Part shown: piece by piece, positions 1-9,715 of the stretch
Position numbering within the stretch: position 1 is the first letter of the stretch
How the letters are laid out: the number at the start of each line of letters is the position of its first letter
Assembly (NCBI GenBank): GCA_043769965.1
Contig: JAYVIT010000199.1
Coordinates: 1-37,631 of the forward strand
DNA length: 37,631 nt
Source: Saprospiraceae bacterium
Lineage (GTDB): Bacteria > Bacteroidota > Bacteroidia > Chitinophagales > Saprospiraceae
Reading direction: 5' to 3'
Notes under the pieces: generated by a model
Databases searched by the model: none
The model's input: only the letters and a program-made list of their open reading frames with translations
What the model was told of the DNA's origin: nothing
Translations under genes and position numbers: made by a program

Positions 1-336
1 AATATTCAATCCATCAAAACCTCTTCCACAAGACTGATTGATCACAACATTCGTACCCCTTGCGAAATAAACGATTTCATTTCCAACATTACCACTTCCC
101 TTATAAAAATGATCAAAGCCTTTATAAAATCCATCTTACACCAACACACTATCTCCGGCTTTAACTTTATTGGTTGCAGTTTGAATGGTTTTGAAGGCGG
201 TAGCGAAACTTAAGCCGGTATTTGCATCACTACCGTTTTGCTGAACATGATAATTGATTGCACTAACTTCCGAAAGGACAATAACAAAAAGAAATAAAAC
301 CGGAAACACTGATCTATAAATCAATTTTAAACTCAT
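1..336 (-). pseudogene. N-terminal part of a secreted right-handed beta-helix (pectate-lyase-fold/DUF1565-like) protein, interrupted by an in-frame TAA at 136-138; runs off the window
   Basis: The 66-aa ORF has a signal-peptide-like N-terminus and the motif NGSDANTGLS..AFKTIQTA..KAGDSVLV, typical of the start of beta-helix proteins. After the TAA the same frame stays open for all 45 remaining codons to position 1 (DGFYKGFDHFYKGSGNVGNEIVYFARGTNVVINQ...). Confidence 0.45.
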
Positions 337-436
337 AAATTTTAATGCAATTTTTATAAGATCAATTTAAAATATCAGCTTAGTTCAAAAATATATCATA
401 CTGGGGATTAAAGCATAAAAAGATTATCCCTACAGC

Positions 437-1063
437 TTAATTCCCCATCATACCCATGCAATTATCCAATACAACATCAACACGAGCGCTGTCTTTTATT
501 CTTCGCAAACCGAAATATACCTGGTTTCTGCTTCCCATGGAAACTATAGCCATATCCCTGCTTCCCAACGTAAATTCATAAATTGAAATCCGCGTATTAC
601 CATACCTCATAGTTGGATTTCCAGCAGTTAAACCAGAACCCATTTCTGCTACCAAAAATCCAGAAGGTAATTCGTTGGAAACAATTCTTGCAATTTGAAT
701 GGTATCATCTGGCGATCCCTGAATTGGTGTTGGTTCCAAGTACAAAGTCATGCTTTCGATGTTGTAGGTGTTTTCAAAATACACTTCCAATTCTAGAAAT
801 CCATTCACATTGAATATCAGGGTTTGTTCATTCAATTCAGAAGAATAAAATTCTTTGCTTTCTTGTGAAGTTTGAATTGTACCATTCGGCATTTGAATTG
901 TGACCGGATTCAAAGAAGTACGGTCAACAATGGATTTAAAGTTGACTACAGTTTTGTGTGTTGGATCTGCAAGTGCCTCTTTATCACTATCCGACATTAC
1001 TTGATAAAGTATTCCCAAAAGTGTCAATAAAATTAAGATGAGCAAAATGATGTAGACTTTCAT
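437..1063 (-). CDS. hypothetical protein with N-terminal membrane anchor
   Basis: 208-aa ORF with a hydrophobic N-terminus (YIILLILILLTLLGILY), 38 nt downstream of and co-oriented with the caspase-TPR gene. No recognisable domain. Confidence 0.55.
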   Translation of the reverse strand: MKVYIILLILILLTLLGILYQVMSDSDKEALADPTHKTVVNFKSIVDRTSLNPVTIQMPNGTIQTSQESKEFYSSELNEQTLIFNVNGFLELEVYFENTYNIESMTLYLEPTPIQGSPDDTIQIARIVSNELPSGFLVAEMGSGLTAGNPTMRYGNTRISIYEFTLGSRDMAIVSMGSRNQVYFGLRRIKDSARVDVVLDNCMGMMGN

Positions 1064-1101
1064 GGTTTTAAATTTTTTAATTGTTTGAAAATAGGATTAG
1101 T

Positions 1102-3336
1102 TCATTTTTTGTATTTTTCTATTAATTTTTTAAATGCATCGAAGTTTCGAATATTAGTCAGGTCTTCGTCGTCCATCAAAGAATCAAAATCCGTGAATCC
1201 ATTTTTCAAAGCGAGTTCCAAGTAATCCAATGCTTCCTCTGATCTTGACTTCATTGCTTTGTAGCAAGCTAGATTGTAATAGGCCACTACATTCTTTGAA
1301 TCATACTTGATGATCTCCATAAATGTTTTTTCAGCATCATCATTCCGTTCCAGGTCCATATACAAATTGGCCAATTCAATAAGCGTTCTGAGAAATTTAG
1401 GATTGATAATAATGGCAGATTTGAATTCTTTTTCAGCAAGTTCGAACTTTGATGTTTTCACATGCACTAGACCCATATAATGCAATGCAAGAAAATCAAT
1501 GCTGTCTAATTCAATTGCCTTGGCTAAATATCGTTCTGCATCAACATACTTGCGCAGTACAATATTTAATATGCCCAAGTTTAAGTATGCAACCTGGTTA
1601 TTGGTATCAATTGCAGCAATTTTTCTATAAAGTTTATCGGCCAATGAGTATTCACCTTTATAGAAATGATATGCTGCCTTTGCGTTTTGAACAAACAAAT
1701 TTAGCGAATCGATTGATCTGGCAATGTCTAAATATTTCCTTGCTTCTACAGTATCTCTGAATCTTCCGGAAAAAATTACAGATGCATAAGCAGCAGGCAA
1801 AACCCAAGTTTGCGAACATTTCATTGCTTCTTCTGCAAACTGTTTTGTAGAATCCTTATTTGCAAATTTAAATGCCTGGCAATACATCATATAAAAATAA
1901 GTATGTGGACCATGCGGCTCCAATGCCAGGGATTGTCTGAATTTCTTCATGATCAAAGCACCCTCTTCCTTATTCATGATATCAGAATTATCCAGAAACA
2001 ACATCAAGCCTTCAAAAAAAAATTGTCTTGCTTTCAAGTTAGAAAAATTCAGGTGTTGTTCACCCAATATCTCTGATGCTCGATTTAAATAAAGTGGGTA
2101 ATTTTTGTAGAGTCTTAATTTGGCAATTTTTGAGCGCGTGATTTCATTGAGATTGACATTCAAAAGCTTATTCAACACTTGTTGTGCATCATCTTGTAAA
2201 GCCGCAGCATAATTATAACCCAGATAATTTATAATTGACTTCAAACTGGGTTCTTTTGTCAATCGCAGAAAAAGCTCATCTGCAGTTGGCCTGCCATCAA
2301 CGGAAAATAGAAATTCTTTTTTATCTATTGCTTGTTCAAAAGCACGATAGAGTTTTTGAATAGTTGTATCCTCAGAAGATAAAATACTTTCATCATAAAA
2401 CCGGCTACGAACAGATAAGAGACCTTGTATTTTGTTTTCCTGCTGATTGAAAGCCTGCTTCTGGGAATCTTTAGCAAGATATGAAAGTACTTCATTGAGA
2501 TTTCCTTGAATAATTGGAGTTTGGATAAAATCCAATTGTTTTGCTTCCATCGGTACCTTGTCTTGTAAATACCTTTGTACTTCAAGTCCGGTAATTAACG
2601 TATCCATATTGCCATTGGCTAATCCATGCAATCCTTCTACAAAGTAATAACTGAACAAACCTCTGCCATTACCCCATTGTTCTCCTTCTATTGAAACTTC
2701 TTCCGGCTGACAGGATAATACTAAGATTTGATTTTTAAATCTCTCCATCATCGCTTTAGCTGTCACACCGGGTCCGTCGAGTGCAGAACCTGCAAGATTA
2801 CCAGACCTGCAGGCATCTGAAACCATTATGACTTTAGATTTATTTTTATTAGTTATTGTGTTGATTACTTGTTGCAAACTATTTATCGCGAGTCCATTCG
2901 CTGAATATGCTCTATGAGGTGTATCCCAAAACAATAAATAGCCTGGCTGTTCATAAAATTTGGATTCCACATCACCGTGGCCTGCAAAGTATATTATTGA
3001 TATATCACCAGCTTTGCTCGAATCAATTAGCCAATAAAATGCTTTCCAAATATTCCCGCTTGTCGCTTGTTCATTAAGTATAAGCTGAATATTTTCCCTT
3101 TTGACAGAACCCCCTGATGGAGAAAGCAAATATCTCGCAAACACCTCTGCATCCTTATGTGCATACTTCAAATCACTTATATCTGGATCCTGGTAATCTG
3201 AAATGCCAACGATCACTGCACGGGTCGTCCCTTTTTTAGATTTGGAAGGAATAGGTTTGATACCCCTGGTCTGCTGCGCTTGTAAGCAGATGCTAAAATA
3301 GCCAAAGAGGATTATCAAAAAAACAGCAGCTTTCAT
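1102..3336 (-). CDS. exported caspase-like peptidase (C14 family) fused to a TPR-repeat region
   Basis: Signal peptide MKAAVFLIILFGYFSICLQAQ. Caspase His/Cys dyad motifs YFAGHGD and SDACRSG. The C-terminal half has TPR-like repeats (AYLNLGILN.., ALHYMGLVH.., AYYNLACYKA..). Confidence 0.8.
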   Translation of the reverse strand: MKAAVFLIILFGYFSICLQAQQTRGIKPIPSKSKKGTTRAVIVGISDYQDPDISDLKYAHKDAEVFARYLLSPSGGSVKRENIQLILNEQATSGNIWKAFYWLIDSSKAGDISIIYFAGHGDVESKFYEQPGYLLFWDTPHRAYSANGLAINSLQQVINTITNKNKSKVIMVSDACRSGNLAGSALDGPGVTAKAMMERFKNQILVLSCQPEEVSIEGEQWGNGRGLFSYYFVEGLHGLANGNMDTLITGLEVQRYLQDKVPMEAKQLDFIQTPIIQGNLNEVLSYLAKDSQKQAFNQQENKIQGLLSVRSRFYDESILSSEDTTIQKLYRAFEQAIDKKEFLFSVDGRPTADELFLRLTKEPSLKSIINYLGYNYAAALQDDAQQVLNKLLNVNLNEITRSKIAKLRLYKNYPLYLNRASEILGEQHLNFSNLKARQFFFEGLMLFLDNSDIMNKEEGALIMKKFRQSLALEPHGPHTYFYMMYCQAFKFANKDSTKQFAEEAMKCSQTWVLPAAYASVIFSGRFRDTVEARKYLDIARSIDSLNLFVQNAKAAYHFYKGEYSLADKLYRKIAAIDTNNQVAYLNLGILNIVLRKYVDAERYLAKAIELDSIDFLALHYMGLVHVKTSKFELAEKEFKSAIIINPKFLRTLIELANLYMDLERNDDAEKTFMEIIKYDSKNVVAYYNLACYKAMKSRSEEALDYLELALKNGFTDFDSLMDDEDLTNIRNFDAFKKLIEKYKK

Positions 3337-3537
3337 AAAATGGGAATCTTAGAAAAACGCGAGTTATTTTCCATTTAGAAACTATCCTTGAATCCACGAT
3401 GCAAAACAGTAAAGATCTATAATTGAAATTCTGTACTGGTCGCTTTAATTCGATTTAAAGGTAATCCTATTTTTTGAAATTCAATGAAAGAGAGGACCTG
3501 AATTTTTAAGGGAGGGAAGGTGCCAATGTCCTTAAAT

Positions 3538-3573
3538 AAAAAAACGAGGCAACTTGCAAAGTTGCCTCGTTTT
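3538..3573 (-). terminator. rho-independent terminator downstream of the 3589..4002 gene (bidirectional shape)
   Basis: Perfect 11-bp inverted repeat cgaggcaactt(3545-3555)/aagttgcctcg(3559-3569). It is flanked by an A-run upstream and a T-run downstream; the minus strand reads a hairpin followed by TTTTTTT. Confidence 0.7.
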
Positions 3574-3588
3574 AAGAATCGAATTTTC

Positions 3589-4002
3589 TTAGAAATTTAA
3601 GAATTCAGTTGCTGTACCAGCTTTTAAGCGAAGGCGGAATTTTCCAGCTTTGCTCAATTTACTACGATCAATTACCAAGTTTCCAGCTGCATCTTTAGTA
3701 ACTGCTGATTCACCATTAGCAACTGGTGATCCACCAGCATCCACGATATCATAAGATAAATCGATACCACGATTTTTTCCTTTGAAAGGGTTACCTGATA
3801 ATAATCTCCTTGAAGCTTTTCCACCTTTTTTAACTGATGGAGTTTCAACGTAGATGCTTGGGCAACATTTCATCGCGTCATTAGGATCTCTCTGATCTCC
3901 AGAAGTCGTTGAGCCGTCACCTCCACTGGTTACCTGTGCCGATAAATTTGTTGTTAAAAGCATCGCAAAAAATGCCGAAGCGAATAAAATTGTTTTTTTC
4001 AT
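3589..4002 (-). CDS. small secreted hypothetical protein
   Basis: 137-aa ORF with signal peptide (MKKTILFASAFFAMLLTTNLSAQ) and a terminator directly downstream. Confidence 0.6.
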   Translation of the reverse strand: MKKTILFASAFFAMLLTTNLSAQVTSGGDGSTTSGDQRDPNDAMKCCPSIYVETPSVKKGGKASRRLLSGNPFKGKNRGIDLSYDIVDAGGSPVANGESAVTKDAAGNLVIDRSKLSKAGKFRLRLKAGTATEFLNF

Positions 4003-4874
4003 TTTTGAAAAGTTTAATGTGAATAAATATTTGTTTGTTAAAAATTTGATTGATTAATTGTTAAATTGTTGAATTGTTGATTGCTAAATTCTTTTTCCGT
4101 TTCTCTGTTTCTCCGTTTCTCCTATTTTCTGATTGTTTGTCTTCCTTAAATTGGTTCTTTTGGAGTATTTTTTTTGTGGTTCTTTATTTCGATTTTGTAC
4201 CTTGAAATAGACATAATTCGGAAAGGTTATCAGCCAGATTCAAAAAAAATTAAAATACCGGAATTCTTTAATCCCGGATCGCTTTTAAAATGCTCATTTA
4301 ATTCATTTGTAAATGTAAAAGATTTAACTGATTAATCAATTACACAAATCCTCCAGGTGGTTTTTTAATGAAGATAATTTGTACCATTTTCCAGCAAAAC
4401 CATACGGACTAATAGTTAATTGCTCGACCGTATTTTGGATATAATTTTAAAATTATAAACTAATTGACTGATAATGAAGCAATATATATAAACATGTATT
4501 TTATAATATGTTTCATTTGTATCAACACAAATGGCAATTCGCAAGGACATCATATATATGGAGTATCTGGCTTATCTTTGTTAGTACCTGAAGTTATCGT
4601 GTGTTCTTTGATATTTTCCCCGATTGATAAAAGTCATTTATTTCCTCGATTCGGTGATTGCTCCATTGTAATTCCAATCTATGAATTCGGAAAGCTGAGT
4701 GCGACCATTTCCAATATTTGAAATTCTTTTTCACAGTACTTGCTCTAGATTCAATAGCAACAATTAAACTCATCTCCATAAAGTTGAAAGGAAATGATAA
4801 CAAATTCATATCAGGGGATATATTGAAGGCAAATGATACTTTAGATTAAAGTAGTTCACATAGTATTATAAACC

Positions 4875-6872
4875 ATGACTATTAAATACATCATATTGAC
4901 TTTTGGGATTTTCTGGAGTATTATTTCGCTTCAGGCCCAATCCAACGTCCATAAAAAAGCCTTGCTCATTGGCGTTGGGAATTATCCTAGTACAGGTGGA
5001 TGGAATAGTCTGAACTCTGCAAACGATATCGGATTACTAAAAGACGCACTTCAAAATCAGGGTTTTACTTCAGAAAATGTTTATGTGATTGCAGATGACC
5101 AAGCCACTAAAGAAAACATCATCGCAGCCATTAAAACAAAACTCATTAAAGAAGTAAAAAAAGGAGATATCGCATTCTTTCACTTTTCAGGACATGGTCA
5201 ACAGAAGGAGGACAAAGATGGCGATGAGATCGATGGATATGATGAATGTATAGTCCCTTTTGATTCTCCTAAAAAATATGTACCCGGCGGATACCAGGGT
5301 GAGAATCTTATCAGCGATGATGAGCTTCGTAAAATCCTGGATGATCTTAGAAAACAACTTGGCAGTACCGGTCATCTCATCGTTTCATTAGATGCTTGCC
5401 ATTCAGGTACAGGCACAAGAGGTATGTCTCAGGGAAGAGGAACAACAGAACCAATGGCCAGTCCGGGTTATATGCAAAATAATATTCAGAATAAAATTAA
5501 AAAAGAAAATAACCAGATAAGTAGTCCAGGTGCATCTTCTTCACTGGCACCAATGATTGCATTTTTCGGATCTGCTCAAAATCAAATCAATTATGAAATG
5601 ACTGATGAACAGGGCAAGCAGTTCGGATCACTGAGTTATGCCCTTTCAAAATACCTGGTATCATCAAAAAAAGATGAATCTTATCGCGGTCTGTTTGATA
5701 AAATAAAAGTAGAAATGAGTGCAATTGCACCAATGCAACAACCGCAAGTTGAAGGCAATCTGGATATGGAAGTTTTCAATGGCAAAGCATTGGGTGCTAC
5801 AAGTTATTATAAAGTAATTTCGGCTGCTGATGACGATAACATTACCATAAATGGTGGTTTTTTACAGGGTCTCAACAATGGATCGATTGTAGGTTTCTTC
5901 AAACCGGAAACCCGGGATATCGAAAATAATAAACCAATTGTAACCGGAAAGATTACAAAGAGTATGAATACTTCTTCTGTGGTTACCTTGGATTCGTTAG
6001 TCGCACCTGAAATTTTAAAAGATAATTGGGTTTATGTTTTGGAACAAAGCATGGGCGATATCAAAGTAGCAGTAGATATAAAAATTTCAGATCCGGTCAT
6101 TCTCGATAAAGTCCGTACTAAATTATTTAGTTATTCATTCATCATTGATGATCCCAAAACTGCAAAATTAATTATCGAAGAACGAAAAAATTCGAAAGGA
6201 GTAACTTATTTATTTTTAACAACCCATGACGATTATATCCTCGACAGTTTTCTCGTTATCTCCGAAAATGATAGTTTTGTAAATAGACTTAATAGTAAGA
6301 TTATTAAATATCTTAAAGGTCAAACTTTGCGAAAGATGGCCATGGAAAATGAAGATCTAAAACTAACGCTACAAATCATACCGGGCTCTTTAAATTCTCA
6401 TGTAACAAACATCGATTCATTAATTCCATTAAAAGAAGATGCGACCGGATCGAAACAAGCTAAAGTTGGAGATACCTTTCAGATTATAATTGAAAATAAA
6501 GGTAACAAACCGGCCTATTTTCATCTGTTTGATATCATGCCAGATAACAAGTTTGAATGCTTGCTTCCTGATACGCATCAAACTCCTGAAGAAATGAAAA
6601 TATTACCAGGACAACGGATACTGATACCAAATAAAGAATGGATAGTTGGAGAACCACTTGGAAATGAATTATTCAAACTCATTGCATCCAACAAACCTTT
6701 GGACCTCAGATCTGTGTATGCCACAAGAGGAGCTAGTACTAAAACTCCTGTGGAAAAATTATTCTTCGAATTAGAAAATGCTGATCTCTTAAGAACAAGG
6801 GGAAGCAAACCTATACCAGTAGGAAATATGGAAATCAATATTTATTCAGAACCATTTATCATTGTGAAATAA
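4875..6872 (+). CDS. exported caspase-like peptidase (C14 family) with DUF4384-like C-terminal domain
   Basis: Signal peptide MTIKYIILTFGIFWSIISLQAQ. Dyad motifs HFSGHGQ and LDACHSGTG. The C-terminal region (GDTFQIIIENKGNKPAYFHLFDIMPDNKFECLLP...ELFKLIAS) resembles the domain commonly fused to bacterial caspases. Confidence 0.8.
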   Translation: MTIKYIILTFGIFWSIISLQAQSNVHKKALLIGVGNYPSTGGWNSLNSANDIGLLKDALQNQGFTSENVYVIADDQATKENIIAAIKTKLIKEVKKGDIAFFHFSGHGQQKEDKDGDEIDGYDECIVPFDSPKKYVPGGYQGENLISDDELRKILDDLRKQLGSTGHLIVSLDACHSGTGTRGMSQGRGTTEPMASPGYMQNNIQNKIKKENNQISSPGASSSLAPMIAFFGSAQNQINYEMTDEQGKQFGSLSYALSKYLVSSKKDESYRGLFDKIKVEMSAIAPMQQPQVEGNLDMEVFNGKALGATSYYKVISAADDDNITINGGFLQGLNNGSIVGFFKPETRDIENNKPIVTGKITKSMNTSSVVTLDSLVAPEILKDNWVYVLEQSMGDIKVAVDIKISDPVILDKVRTKLFSYSFIIDDPKTAKLIIEERKNSKGVTYLFLTTHDDYILDSFLVISENDSFVNRLNSKIIKYLKGQTLRKMAMENEDLKLTLQIIPGSLNSHVTNIDSLIPLKEDATGSKQAKVGDTFQIIIENKGNKPAYFHLFDIMPDNKFECLLPDTHQTPEEMKILPGQRILIPNKEWIVGEPLGNELFKLIASNKPLDLRSVYATRGASTKTPVEKLFFELENADLLRTRGSKPIPVGNMEINIYSEPFIIVK

Positions 6873-6881
6873 ATTATTTTT

Positions 6882-8420
6882 ATGAAAACTCTTAGTGTAT
6901 TCTCATTTGTATTAATTGCAACATTTTTGCATAGCCAGGATTTAAACATTTACTACGATGTGCATAATGACAGCATGTGGTATGTAAGAAAAGGTAAAGT
7001 GATCGATGAACCCATCGTAAAAAAAGGGGATCAGGTTTACTTTCATCTGGTCGAATTTAATAATTACATCTACAAAGCTGAATTCAAAGCAACAAACAGC
7101 ACGGCTCCTTTTGGCGCAGCACCAGCTCCTGGCAACAGCCTTATAAAAAGTCTTTTGTCCGGACTGGTTAGTGGTTTTGTACCCGGCGCAGGATTGGGAT
7201 TGCTAAGTACACCATTATTTGGAAATATTCTTGGCGCCATTCCAGAAGGTCAGGATGGCACTGGAAGAGGTCAGCAGGAAGATTTGGAAGCATTCCAAGC
7301 TAAACTAAAAGAATTGGAAATTGCTAAAGAAGAAATCAATTCATTGACCGAAGAAATTAATATCCGCAGAAAATCTTTAGCTTCTCTCAGTGGCACCTAT
7401 TCATTTACCAATGATTTGTGCAAAAGCAAAAATGTGGCTCCATCATTGATCAAGGAACTTTTAATCAATCATTGCAGCGAAATCTTTTTAAAATCTGCAA
7501 CTGAAAATATCACTTTAGATGAAATTGCAATACTCAATAATAAATTGATTGAGATACCCAGATTGGAAAAGGCATTGAAAGAAAAAATGAACAACTATAC
7601 ATCCGGTTTGAAAGATCTCAAAAAACAACGCGAGAAACTACAACAAGTGGATCATGGTATCGATGCATTGTATCCCTTGATTAAGAAACTCGAATTAAAT
7701 GAAAGTCAACTTGAGATTTCAGGAAATACAATGGTAGCTGAACTGGATAAACAATGTGCTGCTGATGATCAAATGAAAAAAACAGATTACACCAGTCAGA
7801 TACAACAGTTCTATCTGAAGTATCATGAGATCAGAGAAAATTCATTTTCATTTACACATCATTCCAGTGCAGAACAAAAGTATCTGATTTATGAAATGGA
7901 TCTTTATGCACTCGATAGTGCATCGGCGAATTCTGATGAAAAAGTAAGTGTGAAACACATCGAAGTAAAAGTAAAGACTTACGGTGGTACACAATTTGGG
8001 TTGAGTGTAGGATTAGTTGGTTCTAAGTTTGCCGAGACACCTCAAGGATACTTCATCCGGAATGATGAAATATTTGCAACAGATAAAGATCCTTATGTTC
8101 CTTTTATCTCATCACTCTTTAATTTGAGCTATGATCTTGGTGCATACATTTCTCCGGCTGTTTCATTGGGAATAGGCATTCCATTATCCTCAGATGAAAA
8201 TGCATCCGGTTTCGCCTTGTTTGCAGGACCGGGTATGTACATTGGAAAAAAACAAGCTTTCATGTTATCTACAGGTGCAATGTTTACTAAGACCAGTACT
8301 TTGGCAAAAGGATTTCTGGTTGGCGATAAAATTAATATCGGTGAAGGCGAAATACCAACAGACAAAAAATTTGCACTTGGATATTTTATCAGTGTTACGT
8401 ATAATCTTTCAGCGATGTAA
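6882..8420 (+). CDS. secreted coiled-coil protein with beta-rich (possibly outer-membrane barrel) C-terminus
   Basis: 512-aa ORF starting 9 nt after the end of the caspase gene. It has a signal peptide, a Gly-rich segment, a long heptad-like central region and a C-terminal alternating hydrophobic pattern (FALGYFISVTYNLSAM). Confidence 0.6.
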   Translation: MKTLSVFSFVLIATFLHSQDLNIYYDVHNDSMWYVRKGKVIDEPIVKKGDQVYFHLVEFNNYIYKAEFKATNSTAPFGAAPAPGNSLIKSLLSGLVSGFVPGAGLGLLSTPLFGNILGAIPEGQDGTGRGQQEDLEAFQAKLKELEIAKEEINSLTEEINIRRKSLASLSGTYSFTNDLCKSKNVAPSLIKELLINHCSEIFLKSATENITLDEIAILNNKLIEIPRLEKALKEKMNNYTSGLKDLKKQREKLQQVDHGIDALYPLIKKLELNESQLEISGNTMVAELDKQCAADDQMKKTDYTSQIQQFYLKYHEIRENSFSFTHHSSAEQKYLIYEMDLYALDSASANSDEKVSVKHIEVKVKTYGGTQFGLSVGLVGSKFAETPQGYFIRNDEIFATDKDPYVPFISSLFNLSYDLGAYISPAVSLGIGIPLSSDENASGFALFAGPGMYIGKKQAFMLSTGAMFTKTSTLAKGFLVGDKINIGEGEIPTDKKFALGYFISVTYNLSAM

Positions 8421-8469
8421 TCGATGATAGATTGAAATCAATCTAAAGAACGTAAAACGATAAAAAATA

Positions 8470-8518
8470 AAACCTTCCATAAATGTACCAAATGAGTATA
8501 TTTATGGAAGGTTTTTTT
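8470..8518 (+). terminator. rho-independent terminator of the caspase/coiled-coil operon
   Basis: aaaccttccataaat ... atttatggaaggttt inverted repeat (15 bp) followed by a T-run. Confidence 0.7.
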
Positions 8519-8596
8519 GTGCGTATAATACAGTATACGAAATTACGAACTAATAAAAGTGCATAAATACAATTCGAGGTTTATAAAGGAGAATTT

Positions 8597-9493
8597 ATGA
8601 AACAATTTTTTGAGGTCAATGGAAAGCAGTATGTTTTGGCTACTGATTTTAAACATAATAGTAATCTAAGAAGTGGTTTCAATGAGCTAACAATGAAAAC
8701 GTATAGATTTGATTTTGAACATTGGTATCAAAATGGATATTGGAAAGAACAATACATACCGTATTCATTACTCGATGGAGATAAAGTTATTGCTAATATT
8801 TCTGTTAATTTAATAGATTTCTATGTACTTGGGGAAAAGAAACGCTATGTACAAATCGGTACTGTTATGACCGATAACGACTACCGTAGGCAAGGTTTGA
8901 GTCGTCTTTTGATGGAGATAATTATTAGCGAATGGGAAAGGAAATGTGACCTTATTTATTTGTTTGCAAATGATAGCGTAATCAACTTTTATCCTAAGTT
9001 TGGATTTGCTCCCACTGCCGAATATCAATATTCAAAGCAAGTTACAAAGAAAGTTGGGAAAAATAATTTCAGGAAAATAGATGTAGACAATATTATTGAT
9101 AGAAATCTTCTTTTTGATACAGTTTCAAATACGATACCTTATTCAAAAATTGCTATGATAAATAATCCATATCTTGTAATGTTTAATTGTACTTCCTTTT
9201 TAAAGAATAGTATTTATTATCTTAGTGATTATGAAGTTATTGCAGTGGCGCAATTGGATAAGGGAAGATTATATTTACAAGATATTTTTAGTTCGCAGAG
9301 TATTTCAATAGATAAAGTAATTAATTCATTAATAAGTATGGACACAATAAAAGTGATTTTAGGGTTTGTTCCTGAGGAAGTTGATTCCTACGATGTGAAT
9401 TTGTTGAAAGAAGAAGATACAACGTTATTTGTTAAAGCAATCAAAGACGAATTACCTAAAAATATTATGTTCCCAATTTTATCTCGTGCATAG
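8597..9493 (+). CDS. GNAT-family N-acetyltransferase
   Basis: Acetyl-CoA binding motif-A-like YRRQGLSRLLM and ...NFYPKFGF in a 298-aa ORF. Confidence 0.7.
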   Translation: MKQFFEVNGKQYVLATDFKHNSNLRSGFNELTMKTYRFDFEHWYQNGYWKEQYIPYSLLDGDKVIANISVNLIDFYVLGEKKRYVQIGTVMTDNDYRRQGLSRLLMEIIISEWERKCDLIYLFANDSVINFYPKFGFAPTAEYQYSKQVTKKVGKNNFRKIDVDNIIDRNLLFDTVSNTIPYSKIAMINNPYLVMFNCTSFLKNSIYYLSDYEVIAVAQLDKGRLYLQDIFSSQSISIDKVINSLISMDTIKVILGFVPEEVDSYDVNLLKEEDTTLFVKAIKDELPKNIMFPILSRA

Positions 9494-9715
9494 TTTCCGA
9501 GCGCACCATCAACAAGGGTTTTGCGATAGCGGGGTTCAATGCTTTGCAGACACATTTGTGCAAGGTGGAAGCTCAGTTCTCCGGATGAAGTTTAATGCTA
9601 ACCACCGAAACTTTATTGGTCATGCCTAGACGATCTGCTGAATCAAAAAGTCATCAAGAAATTAACTTTGACAACACAAACCGATTGAAAAAAGATTTGA
9701 CTAATAAAACCAAAT

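Noticed and set aside
4464-4809. Two overlapping ORFs (85 aa +, 71 aa -) in the 870-bp gap between 4002 and 4875
   Set aside because: They overlap each other and show no motifs, signal peptides or start context. The region is better treated as non-coding promoter/leader space. A small RNA cannot be excluded but is not supported.
9494-9650. Locally GC-rich (~50%) stretch right after the GNAT gene, covered by a 66-aa ORF (9429..9629)
   Set aside because: The composition stands out, so I tested it by eye against common riboswitch cores, tRNA/rRNA fragments and transposase ends and found no match. I also saw no convincing inverted repeats. It is possibly a decayed gene fragment. An Rfam or BLAST search would be needed.
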